A stretch of DNA of 64,000 nucleotides from Eledone cirrhosa (lineage: Eukaryota): contig OZ024743.1 in assembly GCA_964016885.1 (NCBI GenBank), positions 119,970,001 through 120,034,000 on the forward strand. The letters are read 5' to 3'. The position numbers were made by a program, and so were the translations under genes. The notes beneath the pieces were generated by a model, which had not been told where the DNA came from, made no database searches, and saw only the letters and a program-made list of their open reading frames with translations. Position 1 is the stretch's first letter. The number at the start of each line of letters is the position of its first letter. Of this stretch, positions 41,720-56,290 are shown piece by piece.

Positions 41720-44605
41720 TTATAAACAGAGAAGGCCCATCACTCGGGCCATTTTCGCTTCATTCACCCACCTTTCAGTAAATTTACAGGGGTGCAGTGC
41801 CTCTCTCTCCACTCTGATTCTCCTTCTAAAGTGATACTTAAAGAAGGGAATCAATTGTTGTCCGGAGAGAAAGGCATCTTTCCTCAGTCCTCTCAATCTC
41901 GTCCACCATATAACTTCTTTCACCATAGCCACCGTACAGAGGAAAACCGCCTCTCTTTCGTTTTTGAAAGAGGCTGGCGGTTTGATGCTTACTATGGACT
42001 CGGTAGTCAACTGGATTTGTCCCATACGCGACAGCAGTTGTTCTGCATAGTTCCACTGGTCGGTTACGCCCGGGCAATGTACAATTGCGTACAGGACTGT
42101 TTCAATGTCCTGCGTGCATCTTGGACACGTCCTCTTGGAAGGATCCCTGCAGAGGCGCCCGTGTCTGTAGATCTTGTCACAAACCGGTAGAGCTCCTCGG
42201 TAGCACTGCCAGGCCAGGGATGTCTGGAAGTTGTCCATAGGTCCCGGGCGGAAAGTCCTACTAAACAGACTGGTGAGCTCATCGTCTTCGACGCCCAGAG
42301 TCTCTCCGAGCACGTCGTCGCCCTTGTAACGTACAATCCCTCTATAGAATGTCGAAGTGGAGTCTCCACTGATTGCCGCGCCCACTTGCCAGAGGACTGT
42401 GAGCGCCTGAGCACATTCAATGTGCCAGGCACCCATCGTTTTCGGTCTTTTCTTGACCCAGGACTGCAGCTCCGTCAGCGAGACGAGCTGTGGGAAAGCC
42501 TGTCTCACAAACGGTGCCTACACCGGTTGGGGGTCGGTGATGAATACCTGGAGATGCCGCAGCCTCAGCGCATGTTTGCGCATTATCAGCCACGGCATTC
42601 CCAGAACTCCGTTGGAAGGGTGCTGACAGCAGACGGATCTCCTCACCAGCGGAGCCTGCTTCTTCCACAGAAACTGGAAGAGCATGCGTTCCATCTTGGC
42701 GACGTGTTCACGGGGACAAGGCACGACAGTCAAGCGGTAGTAGATGACGGACGCTATGAAAGTGTTCGCCATCTCCGCTCGACATTTCAAGGTCAGTTTG
42801 CACTCTGTCCACTTCTGGGTGAGTGCAAACACCTTGGCCGTGACATCGTTCCAGTTTTTCTCCACCTGGAGGTCTGGACCGAACCAGACCCCGAGCAATT
42901 TCACCGGTCCGTCCGTCCAGCGTCCAACGACGCTGTCGGACGTCATCGGTTTGCCTCTCCACGTACAGAGTTGCAAACCGACAGGTTTGTCCAGGTTTAG
43001 TTTTGCTCCCGTCAGCGTTTCGTATTCTTTCAGTAAGTTGCCGATCACCCCGATTTCCGAGGTGCTCGACACCATTACCGTCACGTCGTCGGCATAAGCC
43101 GACGCCGCTTTGCGCAGTCCCGGTTCTAGAGGGATGCCCTGCAATAGCTCCAATTTCCGCAGTAGTGGCTCTAGAGTCAATACATACAGAATGGAGGAGA
43201 GCGGGCACCCCTGTCGAATGGAACGCGTGATTGCGAACGTCTCCGATAGGTAGTCGTTCACCTTGACCCTCGAGCAGATGCTGGTGTGCATCGCCTCGAT
43301 CCAGCCTCTGAAAACGGGACCGAAACCGGCCCCCTTGAGAACCGCTTCCAAGTATCGATGGTCGACCCTATCGAATGCCTTAGACTGATCCAAGTTGATC
43401 AGAGCCCCACCGAAGCCGGGTTTACGACCCACCCTCTCTATAATGTATCGCATGAGGTGGAGGTTGTCGTGTATGGACCTGGTTGGGATTGCACACGTTT
43501 GCGCTCTCCCTACCAGGTTCTCGACGACAAGCGCCAACCTCGTCGCAAGCACCTTGGTCAAAATTTTTAACTCTGTGTTGAACAGAGTTATGGGCCTGAA
43601 GTTGTTAATTTCGTCCCCTTTGTTCTCGTCTTTCCTGATCAACGTTACTACGCCCTTGCCTGCAGAACTGGGAATTCTCCCGTTCTGCTGCCAATTGCAG
43701 TAGACGGCTTCGAGGACGCCAGAGAACAAGTCCGTCATGCCTATGTAAAATTCGTAGGGTAGACCATCTAGACCGGGTGACTTGCGTTTCCCGCAGCGGC
43801 CCAGAGCGTCCCGTATCTCAGTGACCGTGATCAGTCTTTCGCAGAACTCGGCGTCCGTGTTCGAGAGACGCGGCAGGCCGTCGAGGTATGAACTAAAGTC
43901 CATTGCCCCGTTCGGCTCACTGTCGTTCTGGTCAAACAGTCGCGCAAAGTGCCGCTGAAAGGCCGCGCACATTTGCTTGGGGTCAAGTAGCACGCGTCCG
44001 TTTTGGTCTTTCAAAGACTGAATCGTGGACTTGTTGCCACTTTTCGTCTCCGCCACTCGGGCGCAGCTGACAGCTTTCGCTCCTTCGTTTCCTAGAGCAC
44101 GTGTTTTGCTTCTGACCATGCAGCCTTCGTGTTTCGCATCGAAGAACTGGTCCAGTGCCGTTCTCGACGCTAACACTCTAGCCGCGTTGCCACATCTAAG
44201 TGCCTCCTCTACCTTGGCTACTAGTTCTCTTTCTATTCTGTTTTTCTCTAAGGCTAACTCTCTGCTATACCCTATCGATTCTATTCTAATTGCTTTCTTG
44301 AGAGAGTACCACCATCTATTGTTGACGATGGCTCCCGTTAACTGTTGCTTGACTAGTCTACTTATCCGTTCACTGTAAGCTTTACGTGCCGGCAACGACA
44401 CGTTCAGCTTCCAGTATCCGGGACCCTGTCTATGTATTCTATCACGGTCGAAAATGGGGGTTAGTTGCTGCCTGTTGTGGATCCTGGACTCGGTGATGGC
44501 TATCACATCCATACTGTGTAACCTAAGGTCGTTTAAAACTTGGCCCTGTTTCCAGGGCATCCCTAGGCCACGCACATTCACGGTTCAAACTCGTAAACTA
44601 GCCAT
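41720..44605 (-). pseudogene. Copy A ORF2: reverse transcriptase with in-frame endonuclease deletion and two premature stops
   Basis: NVRGL, GPGYWKLN, KSPGLDGLP, FRPITL, LDQSKAFDRVDH, RQGCPLS, YADD, CPRC..ET..HC; TGA at codon 7 and TAG at 42518-42520; the two listed ORFs share one frame. Confidence 0.93.
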
Positions 44606-44647
44606 GTTGGTGAAGAAAATTTGGAGAAAAAGGACGAAATGTCCACT

Positions 44648-46535
44648 TACCTTTTCGTTTCCTGGAGATCGGGTTGTTCAATCTCCAGTTGGGTGCTGGA
44701 TGGGGTGTTGGGTGGGGTGGGGAAACATTTTAACAGGACGCGGTTGATGGGTTTGTGGCAGGGGTTGCCCACCTCCTGTGAAAATTTATTTTTTAGGTCT
44801 TTATAGGTTTCCATAGAAACCCTTATAAGTTTAAGGTGTGGTGACTATTCTGCCTTGACGAAAGTGTTGCCCTCCGTCTCCACCTTGGGGTTTTGGTAGA
44901 TAACCTCCATCAAACTCTTGTTGTTTGTGTTGATGCATGCGTATTGTTTTAGTTTGTTGTTCGTCCGGGAGTTTTCTTTTTATGGTGGGTGCTTGTGTTT
45001 GAGGTGGTGTTGGTGCTGGTTTTGCTGATAGGGGGATGTTTGACTGTGGTGTTGTTTGTGTTGTTGTTTGTGTCTGTGGTTGTGTGTTGGTGTTGGTGAT
45101 TGGAGTTTTGGGGGTTTTGTGGTGTCTCTTTTTTTGTTTTTTAGATTTCCGCGGTTCTCCCACTTCTTCACTTAAAGAAGGAGAAGCAGCTTCATCCGTC
45201 GATGAATAATCATCGTCAGGTGTGTGGGGTAAGGGTATGTTGTGTGGTGGTGGTGTCTCGGTGTGTGTGTTTGTGGTAGTGTTTGATGGAGTGGGATGGA
45301 GTGGGACTGTGTTCTTCAGAGGTGTTGTCTCTGTTTTTTCTGTTGTTGTTGGTTGAGTGTCTATTTGTTTTGGTGTGGTTGCTCGTTTTGTCTGTCGTTG
45401 TACTTGTGGTGGTGGTGGTTGTTTTGGTGTTGGTGTTGGTTATAGCGTTTTTATTATGATGTTGTTGTTGTGTGTTTGTGGACAAGAGGCTTTTAGGTGC
45501 GATGTGCTACCGCAGCGAAAGCAATGAAATTTTCGTCCTTCTACCGAAATGTTTATTTTGTTGTTATTATCGATAACGACTCTTTCGGGTATTTTGGAGA
45601 TTCTCTCCGGTTTCATTTGCAACAGAATCTCCAAATCTGTGCCCGCCCACCTTTGTCGAATAGATTTTCGTATCGAAAGTATCATATCAGTTTCTGGCTC
45701 TACGAAGCCAACAAAGATCCACCAGATATTAATGTTTGGAGGTATGTTTTTTATTTTTATTGTTTGTGTCCTTTTCCCCAAGTATGTAGGGAAAAAGGTG
45801 TATGCTTTTGACACCATTGGTATCACAGAGTGTTTTTGTGCGAGTGCCTCGCTTTTAAACAGTACGGAAACACTTCCGTACTGTTTTCCTCGCTGGAGAA
45901 AATCGACATTTGCTAGAATTTCCTTGAAAGTATCTTCTATATCTGCTTGGTTAACAGATGTCGGCTTTCTTGTGGAATTTGACACAGTCCTAAAGGTGAC
46001 TGATCTGCGAATTGTGTCTCCCTTTATTTCAAGGGGTGAGTTAATTCTAAACCCACCTCTTTCTTCGAAAGTTACAAATTTTCTCCCTTGCTGGAGCATA
46101 TCTCTTGCGTTGGAGATATCAAGATTTATAAAATCTTGTTTTTTGTTCAGTTTCAGCGAAAGACATTTTCTTTTTTTGTGTAGTGTTGCTGTTGTTGTTG
46201 TTGTTATCGTTGTTAGCCTCGCTGTTGGAAATCTCAGTTCCTTGTCGAGGTGAAACATTATGTGTAGATGTATCTGTAGAGTTGTTGATGTCTTTTTCAT
46301 GTGTATGTATGTTAATGGGTTTAATTCCTGTGTTTTCCTTTGTTTTATTGTTATTTTTCTCCACTTCGACGGTAGAAATTTTAAAATCTTCAAGTAGAAA
46401 TACTTTTTTTTTTTCTTTGTTGACAGTCGTATCGATGGCGACGTCCATAGTAGCAGAAGCAGATATAACGTTAATACCTGCCTCTTTCTCTCTCTTTTCT
46501 CTATTAACGTTCTCCAGCGTTCTTGTGTTGCTCAA
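44648..46535 (-). pseudogene. Copy A ORF1 (gag-like: RRM-type region, CCHC knuckle, T/N/K-rich tail), frameshifted
   Basis: IKIKNIPP..CFRCGSTSHLKASC; probable end QETKR* conserved in copy B. Confidence 0.85.
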
Positions 46536-46743
46536 GTTATTTAGTTTGTAAAATCTGATATTTTAAAACAGATTTTAAAATAAAATTTTCGCCCCTACAG
46601 GGGCGAAAAATGGGATTACCACCCAGCTGACAATTCAGCTTGGGGGTTAATCTACAAAGTGTTGTGTTTTTTCAAACAATTAGTTCGGTTTTTTGCATAG
46701 ACATTAACAAAAAAGCTTACCGGCGATGTTCCACACGTCAGAC

Positions 46744-47032
<289 letters not shown>

Positions 47033-47033
<1 letters not shown>

Positions 47034-50000
47034 TCTTTATTTGCCACAGGGGCGTACACAAATGGGACATTACAAGACGTGACGGCGGGGGTTTTACATA
47101 AAAATAACTTTAACATTAATAAATAACAATAAACTATATATAACAAGATACCAGTTGAAATCCCCAGTAGGGGGGTAACGTTACTGCAGGGTTGTTTTAC
47201 ACCCCGTGGATAGAATAACCCTCAACACCAGGAATACGTTTTGTAGGTGTTCCTGTCTTCCCTGTTTATCTTCCTCAACCTACAGGTTTATATACAGATA
47301 AGGCCCATTCACTCGGGTCATTTTTGCCATATTCACCGACCTTTCAACGAATTTACTGGGGTGTAGCACCTCCCTCTCTACTCTCATCTTCCTTCTGAAG
47401 TGGTACTTAAAGAAGGGGATAAGTTGTTGTCCGGAGAGAAAAGTGTTTGCCCTCAGTCCTTTTAACCTCGTCCACCATATTACCTCTTTCGCCATAGCCA
47501 CCAGCCAGAGGAAAACTGCCTCTCCCTCGTTCTTAAATGAAAGCGGCGGGGTGATCCTCACGATGGACTCGGCTGACAACTGGATGCGTCCCACACGTGA
47601 CAGCAGCTGTTCGACATAATTCCACAGGTCGGTCCCCCCTGGGCACTGAACAATTGCGTTCAGAACGGTTTCGATGTCCTGCTCGCATCTTTGACACGTC
47701 CTTTTGGCAGGATCTCTGCCAGGGCGCCCGTGCCTGTAGATTTTGTCTCGAACTGGTAGAGCTCCTCGGTAGCACTGCCAGGCCAGAGACCTCTGGAAGT
47801 TATCCATAGGCCCTGGACGGAAAGTCCTCCCGAACAGACTGGTCAGTTCGTTCTCCTCGATGCCTAGAGTTTCCCCGAGAACGTCGTCGCACTGATCCTC
47901 CACTAATCTCCTATAGAATGTCGAAGTGGAGTCTCCGCTGATTGCCGTTTCCTCTTGGTAGAGGGCTGTGAGCGCCTGTAGGCACTTGAGGTGCCAGGCA
48001 CCCATTTTCGGTCTTCGCTTGACCCAGGACTGCAGCTCTGTTAGTGAGACGAGTTGTGGAAGAGCTTGTCTCACAAACGACAGCCACACCGGTTCACCGG
48101 TCAGGAATACCTAGAGATGGCGTAGCCTCAGCGCAGGTTTGCGCATCATCAGCCACGGAATTCCCAGCCTTCCGTTAGAAGGGTGTTGAAAGCAGATGGA
48201 TCTCTTCACCAATGGAGCCTGTTTTTTCCAGAGGAACTTGAAGAGTAGGCGTTCCATTTTGGTAAGGTATTCGCGGGGGCAATGCACGACTGTCAAGCGG
48301 TAGTAGATGACGGACACTATGTAAGTGTTCGCCACCTCCGCTCGACTTTTCAAGGACAGTTTGCACTCAGCCCGCTTCTGGGTGAGTGCAAACACCTTCG
48401 CCGTGATCTAGTTCCAGTTCTTGTCCATCTGGAGGTCTGGACCGAACCAGACTCCGAGCAATTTCACCGGTCCTTCCGTCAAGCGCCCACCGACACTGTC
48501 GGAAGGCATGGGTTTGCCTCTCCATGTGCTGAGCTTCAAACCGACAGACTTGTTTGGGTTTAGTCTTGCACCTGTCAACGTTTCGTATTCCTGTAATAGG
48601 TTGCCGATTACCCTGATTTCCGAGGTTTTCGACACCATTACGGTTATGTCGTCGGCATAGGCTGACGCTGCTTTCCGCAGTCCTGGTTCGATCGGGATGC
48701 CCTGCAACAGCTCCAATTTCTGCAGTAACGGCTCGAGAGTCAGTACATACAGAATGGAGGAGAGAGGGCATCCCTGACGGATGGAACGCATGATTTGGAA
48801 TGGCTCTGATAGGCAGCCATTCACCTTGACTGCCGAGCAGATGCTGGTGTGCATGGTAACGATCCAGCCTCTGAAGACGGGACCGTATTGATGGTCGACC
48901 CTATCTTAGACTGATCTAAATTGATCAGAGCCCCACCAAACCCAGGTTTACACCCTAACCTCTCTATGATGTATCGCATGAGGTGGAGGTTGTCGTGTAT
49001 GGGCCTGGTCGAGATTGCACACGTTTGGGCTTCCCCTACCAGGTTCTCGACGACAAGCGCCAGCCTTGCTGTTAACACCTTGGCCAACATTTTTAATTTT
49101 GTGTTGAGCAGAGTTATGGGCCTGAAATTGCTTATCTCATCCCCCTTGTTCTCATCTTTCCTGATGAGCGTTACTACGCCTCTGTCTACATAACTGGGAA
49201 TCCTCCCGTTCTGCTGCCAATTGCAGTAGACCGCTTCGAGGACGCCAGAGAACAAGTCTGGCATGCCTATGTAAAACTCATAGGGTAGACCATCTAAACC
49301 GGGTGATTTGCGTTTCCCACAGCGGCCTAGGGCATCTTCTATTTCGCTCGCTGTGATCGGCCTTTCGCAGCTCTCCGCATCCGTGCTCGAGAGTCGCGGT
49401 GCGCCGTCGAGGTAGGAGCTGAAGCCCATCACCTCCCTCGACGTACCGCTTTGCCCGAACAGTTGTGCAAAATGCTGCTGGAAGGCTGCGCACATCTGCT
49501 TGGATTCAAGTATAATGCGTCCATCTTTGTCTTGCAAAGACCGAATTGAGGATTTGTTGCCACTTTTCGCCTCTGCCACTCGGGCCCAGCTAACAGTTTT
49601 GGCTCTCTCGTTTCTTAGAGCACGTGTTCTACTTCTGACAATACAACCTTCGTGTTTCACGTTGAAGAACTGGTCTAGTGCCGTACTCGCCGCTAGCACG
49701 TCAGCTGTACTGCCATTCCTAAGTGCCTCTTCTATTTTAGCTACCAGTTCCTTTTCAGTTTTGTTTTTTTCTAAAGCTACTTCCTTGCTAAATGCTATCG
49801 ATTCTATTCTAATTGCTCTCTTGAGAGAACTCCACCACTAGTTGTTGACGATCGCCCCCGTCAACTGGCACCTAACTAAGGTGCTAATCCGTTTACTGTA
49901 GGCCTTACGCGCCGGGAGCGACATGTTTAGCTCCCAGTATCCAGGCACCTGTCTATGTGTTCTATCAAGGTTGACTACGCAGGTGACTAATTTGTGGTCT

Positions 50001-51173
50001 GAATAGGCAACCATTGTGCATTTGTGGACAGCTTAATGTTTCCTTATCATTCTGTCTAATTAAAAATCTATCTAAATACGATCTAGAAGACCCAGTGCAG
50101 TTGCTCCACGTCCACAGTGGTGCACTTGGGAAGTCTAGTCGATATCTATCAGCCAGTTGGAATTGGCTGATGAGATTGTTGGGGCTATTACACCCCCTCT
50201 ATTATCACAAGCTCTTACATAGTCCCAACGCGCGTCTAAGATGCCATTCCAGTCCCCCGCTAACACTAAGGAGCGAGACGTTCCCAGGAATTGCTCCAGA
50301 CGCTTGAAGAACTCTGGTCGCAATGTCCCAGTCGGGGCATATACGGCCACCAGTCTGAAAGCTCCACCTTCACTACCATTCACCAGGCTGCCCTCCGGGT
50401 TCAAGTGAATCGTCTGTATTTTGAGATCCAAGTTTTTTTCGAAACAGAACAGCAACTCCCCCTTCGCCTCCTGGCTGACAGAGAGATGCGTAGATCTCAA
50501 AATGATCGAACATGGGGGTTAACTGCTGCTTGTCGTGAATCCTGGACTCGATGATGGCTATCACATCTATACAGTGTGACCTGAGATCATTTAAAAGCTG
50601 GCCCTGTTTCCAGGACATGCCCAGGCCACGTACATTCAAACATCCAGCTTGTATAGTCGACATGTTGGTGAAGAAGAGTTAAGGAGAGAAAAGGCAGGAA
50701 CACTTACCTTTTCGTTTCCTGGATCTTCATGTCCAGATTGGTGGTGTTTGGGGAGGGAGGGAATCCTTTTAGCAGGACACGGTTAAGGGGCTTTTGGCAA
50801 ATGGGGGGGGGGGCGCATCATGTGGGAAGTTCTCTTTTAAAGTTTCATACTGTAGGGTTGTTACCCTGATAAGTTTGAGGTTTGGGGTGGGTCGTTGGTG
50901 GGGAAGATTTTCTCTTTCGTTTATATTGTGGGGTCTTTTCGGACAGTTTCCACCAGTTCTTTTATGTATGTGTAATGTTTTGTTTTTATGTGTACTGTTT
51001 CTGTTTGTAGTTTTCTTTTTGTGGGTGGGGTTTGTGATTGTGGTGGTGTGGGTGTTTGTTTTGTTGGTGAAGTGTTTGGTTGTGTTGGTGGTGATTGTGT
51101 TGTTGGTGTGTTTGTCGTTTGTGGCGGTGTGTTTATGGTGGGTGTGTGTATGCGTGTTTTCTGTAGATGTTTT

Positions 51174-51175
<2 letters not shown>
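47033..51175 (-). mobile_element. 5'-truncated Tx1/L1-clade LINE (copy B); disrupted ORF2 at 50663-47280
   Basis: Full APE endonuclease motifs (NVRGL, VYAPT, AGDWN, SRLD, SDH), RT YADD, C-terminal CQRC; several frameshifts and stops; abuts (AG)n at the 5' end. Confidence 0.95.
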
Positions 51176-51231
<56 letters not shown>

Positions 51232-51769
51232 CGGGTCAATGAAATGAATGCCAGACTGAAATTAGTCTCCAGGTCGATATGATCGTCTAAATCCCTGAGT
51301 AAGATGCCTTAGTATAGCTATATTCTAATGACTAAAACTAGTAAAGGACAGGTCTGCCTATCAGAGCTTATGTGAACCTAAACTGGAAACTCTTACAACA
51401 AGTACGATAAATGGAACAGTCAAACCTGTGTCGGTTTCAACTCAAAGCGTAACTAGACATAACTATGTGCTCACGACTATTTCGTCAACGTTCAGTTTTT
51501 TCCACCACTTCACCGACATGCATAAGAATATTGGTTCAAAACAATTAAGAGACAAAAGATCCCTTTACGAATGTGTAAAATCAAATAAGATTAGTTGATC
51601 GAAATTATTGAACAATAAGGACAATATTCATGAAAGTAGATCGGATCTTTAAGACTTAATGTATTTATCCGCGACTCCTGATGCAGCCCTATCTCCTCTA
51701 CCTGACTGAACACAGCCAATATCATCCAATGAAGGAGAGGGTGATGCGAAGGGGAAATAAGAAAGAGAT

Positions 51770-51937
51770 ATAAGGGAAGAGTCTTCCTCAGTACTGGACT
51801 GGTACTTTTATTTATTGATCTTGAAAGGAAGAAGAGCAAAATTGACTTTGGTAGGTTTTGCCCTCAGAAAGCAGAGAGGTGAGTCGAATGCTGTAAAACA
51901 CTATATCCGTCGTTCTAACAACTCTGCCAATTCGCCA
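51770..51937 (-). mobile_element. Older, diverged Meta-domain SINE
   Basis: CAGTACTGGACTGGTACTTTA..GAAAGGAAGAAGAGCAAA..CTGCCAATTCGCC. Confidence 0.7.
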
Positions 51938-53357
51938 CCAACTCTTTAAAACTAACATTGGTGAAAAGAATGGACATATTTCAGTCTTATACGCCCTTCT
52001 TTGCGAAGCGTATTCTACTCCGGTATGTAAGGTTGATCATCTCAATCTTCAGTTCTATTCATTTGAAAGCTTGGCATTGTTTTTGTTTACACACAGTCTG
52101 ATTGAGCAGATCAAAGGTATTCTAGTTGTGTCTACCCTATATTTTATTCATCCATTAAACAATATGTACTTACTTTTTTTCTTTTTTTTTTTCTTAACGT
52201 CAATATGGCGTGAGTTCACAGAGATGCGGCTGCTATTTTATAGCAGATTGAATGCCACCTCGAAATACTTATATTTACTCGTCCTCCTTCCCTTCCTCTT
52301 TCTCTTATTTTATGCATGTATATACGTGTGGGGGGGGGGGGGGTACGTGCGTGTGTGTATGTGAATGTGTATCTTCCTGCAAGTTGCTGCTTAACCTCAG
52401 GTCAGCTCTGATCGAGCAGACCTATAACCAAAGTCATTCTTACCGTGACTATCCAGTCATTTATATAGATGAAGTATCTAATATTACATTATTCAATACA
52501 TCTTTCTCTTTTTATTAAAAGGCTGTGATTTGAGAGTAATTTAGCTGTTATTTCTGGAATGACAGCGTAGAGGTTCGTCTGCGCCGTGATTTTTACGGAT
52601 AGTGATCTAATTAATCAATAAAAATCAGCTAAATCTCTCTCAAAATGCATTCCGACCGTCTTTTAAAAAGTATTCATTAGATAGAATATTTGGGAGTTCA
52701 CTATGCCTGAAAAAAATGAAGGTTCGAGATTGCCCCAGGGCTAAATAATATCAACTAGAAACAACAGTCGGATAGTTCATGTGCACTTTGAATTTCTTTT
52801 TAAATTATCACCATTCAATGCCTTACTACACATGCGTCCTTTGACGGCGCAACGTAGTTGTTTCGTTCTGGAGAGAAACCTAGAGAAACCTATGAGGGGA
52901 GAATCTACCTCAGTACTTGACTGATATTTTATTTATCTAACTCGAATGTTTTAAACTGAGATTGAATAAAACCGAAATAAATATCGCAATGTATTCTACC
53001 TAAAACTATAAAATCTCTGCTAATTTACTATCTAATTTGAATATTTTAAGTTACACACATTCTCTGAATGAATTATCATGACTTGTGTCCGGATACTTCA
53101 TTTATCAACCCAAATAGATGAAAGACAAGTTCGACACTGGGGCGGGGGAGGTGTTCGACCTCAAAACGGAGAGGAAGGAGCAAAACTAAAAAGAAAGAAG
53201 CGCTTATATTGTGACCCGGCTAATAATGTTACCATTATTCTGTGAACACGACAAGAAAGATAGAAATTATTATTGTGTTTATATTTTCATTCTGAGTGAA
53301 TTGTGAACAATCTGTTATGTGCTACTAAATATTCATTTTCTTTTATATACACATATA

Positions 53358-53465
53358 TGTAAACCAGGTCCGAACACAAAATAACCAAACTCCCACGGTC
53401 ATTGACTCCGTCTCTCCCGCTCTCCCCATATCTTACTATTATGAGCAAATAAGGGCCCGGTGGAC
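53358..53465 (+). mobile_element. 5' fragment of the same LTR family as 14783
   Basis: TGTAAACCAGGTCCGAACAC..ACTATTATGAGCAAAT homology. Confidence 0.65.
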
Positions 53466-54721
53466 TTACTACTAGTGAGATGGAAAATTTGCCCTAGTTA
53501 AACAAACTTCTGGGCCATAGATATAGCGCAGAGAACTTGATGCGAACTGAGTGTCATTCGATCTGTAGTTTGGTAGTTATGATTCTTTATAGATTCTACA
53601 AACAATAATGACTTTCTATGCAAAGCATGGAATTTCTTAATCATATGATGCATAAACTTCTATTCTAATTTTGAAAACTAGAATACTAGACCTAGCTTTG
53701 TTGCTTGTTTTCTCTTTGTTTTTCTCTTTTCCCGACAGACGATTATTTGAATATTTTTCATACACACCTCTTTTATTATAATTGCAGACATTTTCTTTTT
53801 AGGAAAATATCTGAAACAGTTTCATTAGCAAAATATAAAATTCTCACCTGTGTACCTGTATTGTATAGCTATATTATATACCTCAGATAGTAAATCATCC
53901 ACGACAGAATATGGGAACATCAATGTATAAAAATACAAAAAGCAACTGCCACTAATATAAGCACATATCCGTTGTCATTTATTTTTTTTACTATATCAAA
54001 AAGCATAATTGTTAAGAGAGAATACATGTATGTGTGACTGTGCGTGTCTGTGTGCATGTGCGAGCGTGCGTGTGTGCGTGTGTGTGTAAGTGTGTATGTG
54101 TCTGTGTGTGTCTTTGTGTCTCTGTGTGTGTGTAACCATATGAAAAAGTGGATTTTTTTCAGAGTAGTCTTTATCATGATAAAACAGTTGTAAAATAAAA
54201 GAGGGTGTAAACGACTAAGTTAATAGATACTAGCGAATAACTTCTAATTTACAAAAAAAAAAAAAAAGAAATCGCAATAGAAAGAATAAAATAATAAATA
54301 TATAAAGCAATAAACAAATAACAGAGATATAATGGAAAGCATTCTGAGACGGACTATTTTCTGCTTTTTTTATTTTTATTTGTATTCTTTTATCTAAACA
54401 GCTATCAATCGGTTGTCTAATTACAAGAATGCGATGAATATTAAAATGATTTGATGAATAGAAATTTGCGAATATACCAATACCTTACATATGTAGAAAC
54501 ACACACACACACACACTCTTACATTAATATATAATATTACACACACACACACACACGCACACACACACACACATACACACATATATATATATATATATAT
54601 GTATATGTATGTATGTATATATATATGTATGTGTATATGTATATATATATGTATGTGTGTGTGTATGTATATGTATGTATGTATGTATGTATGTATATAT
54701 GTATGTGTATATATATATATA

Positions 54722-54825
<104 letters not shown>

Positions 54826-55469
54826 CATATATATATATACACATACACACACACATATATAGATATATTTTGATGTTATAGATGTCATCGTTGCTGTTGT
54901 CATTATTGTTGTTGCTGTTCTACTTAGTTCTAAAAAATACTTCGGTTAATTGTTCCACTGTACGCACCGATGATTAAAATGAAGTATTGCGTCAATAAGC
55001 GGGAAAATACTACACGATTAGTAGGCAGTAACTTTCAACTAGGAGAGTGGTCTTTTCTGTTATATTATATTTTTATTTCTATCTATTTTTTCTTTTTTTT
55101 AACAAAGGTGAATGCTTCGTAATGAACTAGCTCACGAATATACAATACATGTGAGTGCATCTATGCTGTTATGTATATGTACAGATATACGCTCCTCTAG
55201 TTACAGATTGACACTTACACTCATATCCTCCTCCCCCCCCCCCCACACACACACACACACTCACATATAAAAACACATAGACGAATACATCGATATATAC
55301 GTAAATGCAATTATATATAAACCTAAATACATATATATACTTGTGTGTGTGTGTGTGAGAGAGAGAGGGTGGGAGGGGGTGTTGCGTTTACAAATCTCTG
55401 CTAGACACAGCTACACACAGACAGACATATATGTATGCATACACACACATATATTTATATATACATATA

Positions 55470-55566
<97 letters not shown>

Positions 55567-56290
55567 GAGAGAGAGAGAGATTGTGTGTGCATATGTGAAT
55601 ATTTATGCGCGCACGAGCGTGTGTATGAATATTACGGATGCCCATATAAGCAAATTTGTCTATTACCAATTAATCGGCTTTGACTTGTAGGCCGATACCG
55701 ACTGATCAGCCACCGATTATCAATAATGTAATTGTGTATTGTGTTATGAAAATGGGTATTCTAACTAACTGCGAGTAATATATTTCATAATTAATGTTAT
55801 TTGTGGAGCTACTACTATCAGAGAGCACATTATATCAAAATATGGTTGATTTTACCGTAAGAGGCAACATATACAAACCTGAAATAAATAGGCTATGCTC
55901 TAAAACTGAAGAAATTTTGCTTTCTTACATTATAATTTACGGTTCTTAAATTTTACCATTAAATTTTATTTTTTGTTTGAGTAAGTTTAAATAACAGAAA
56001 TTATTATATCTGGAAATTTTGGGAATACTTTTTTCTAATTGATTCCTTTTTAAAAGACACCTCTCAACTAAGGGGGTAGGAGGGCTTCGCTTTAACCTAC
56101 AGTGTATTATGCACCTTTTGCAATCTGAAATACCTCCCAGTTTTGTATAATAGTGTATTCCAGTGCTAGGAACACAGTTATATTGCACCAGTGGGACTTA
56201 AGTTCTCTGTCCTAGGAAATAATAATAAGTGCTTGGAAGTAAAGAACGAGAAGAAAGATACAAGAGAAAGGGAAGGATGGCGAGGAGATA

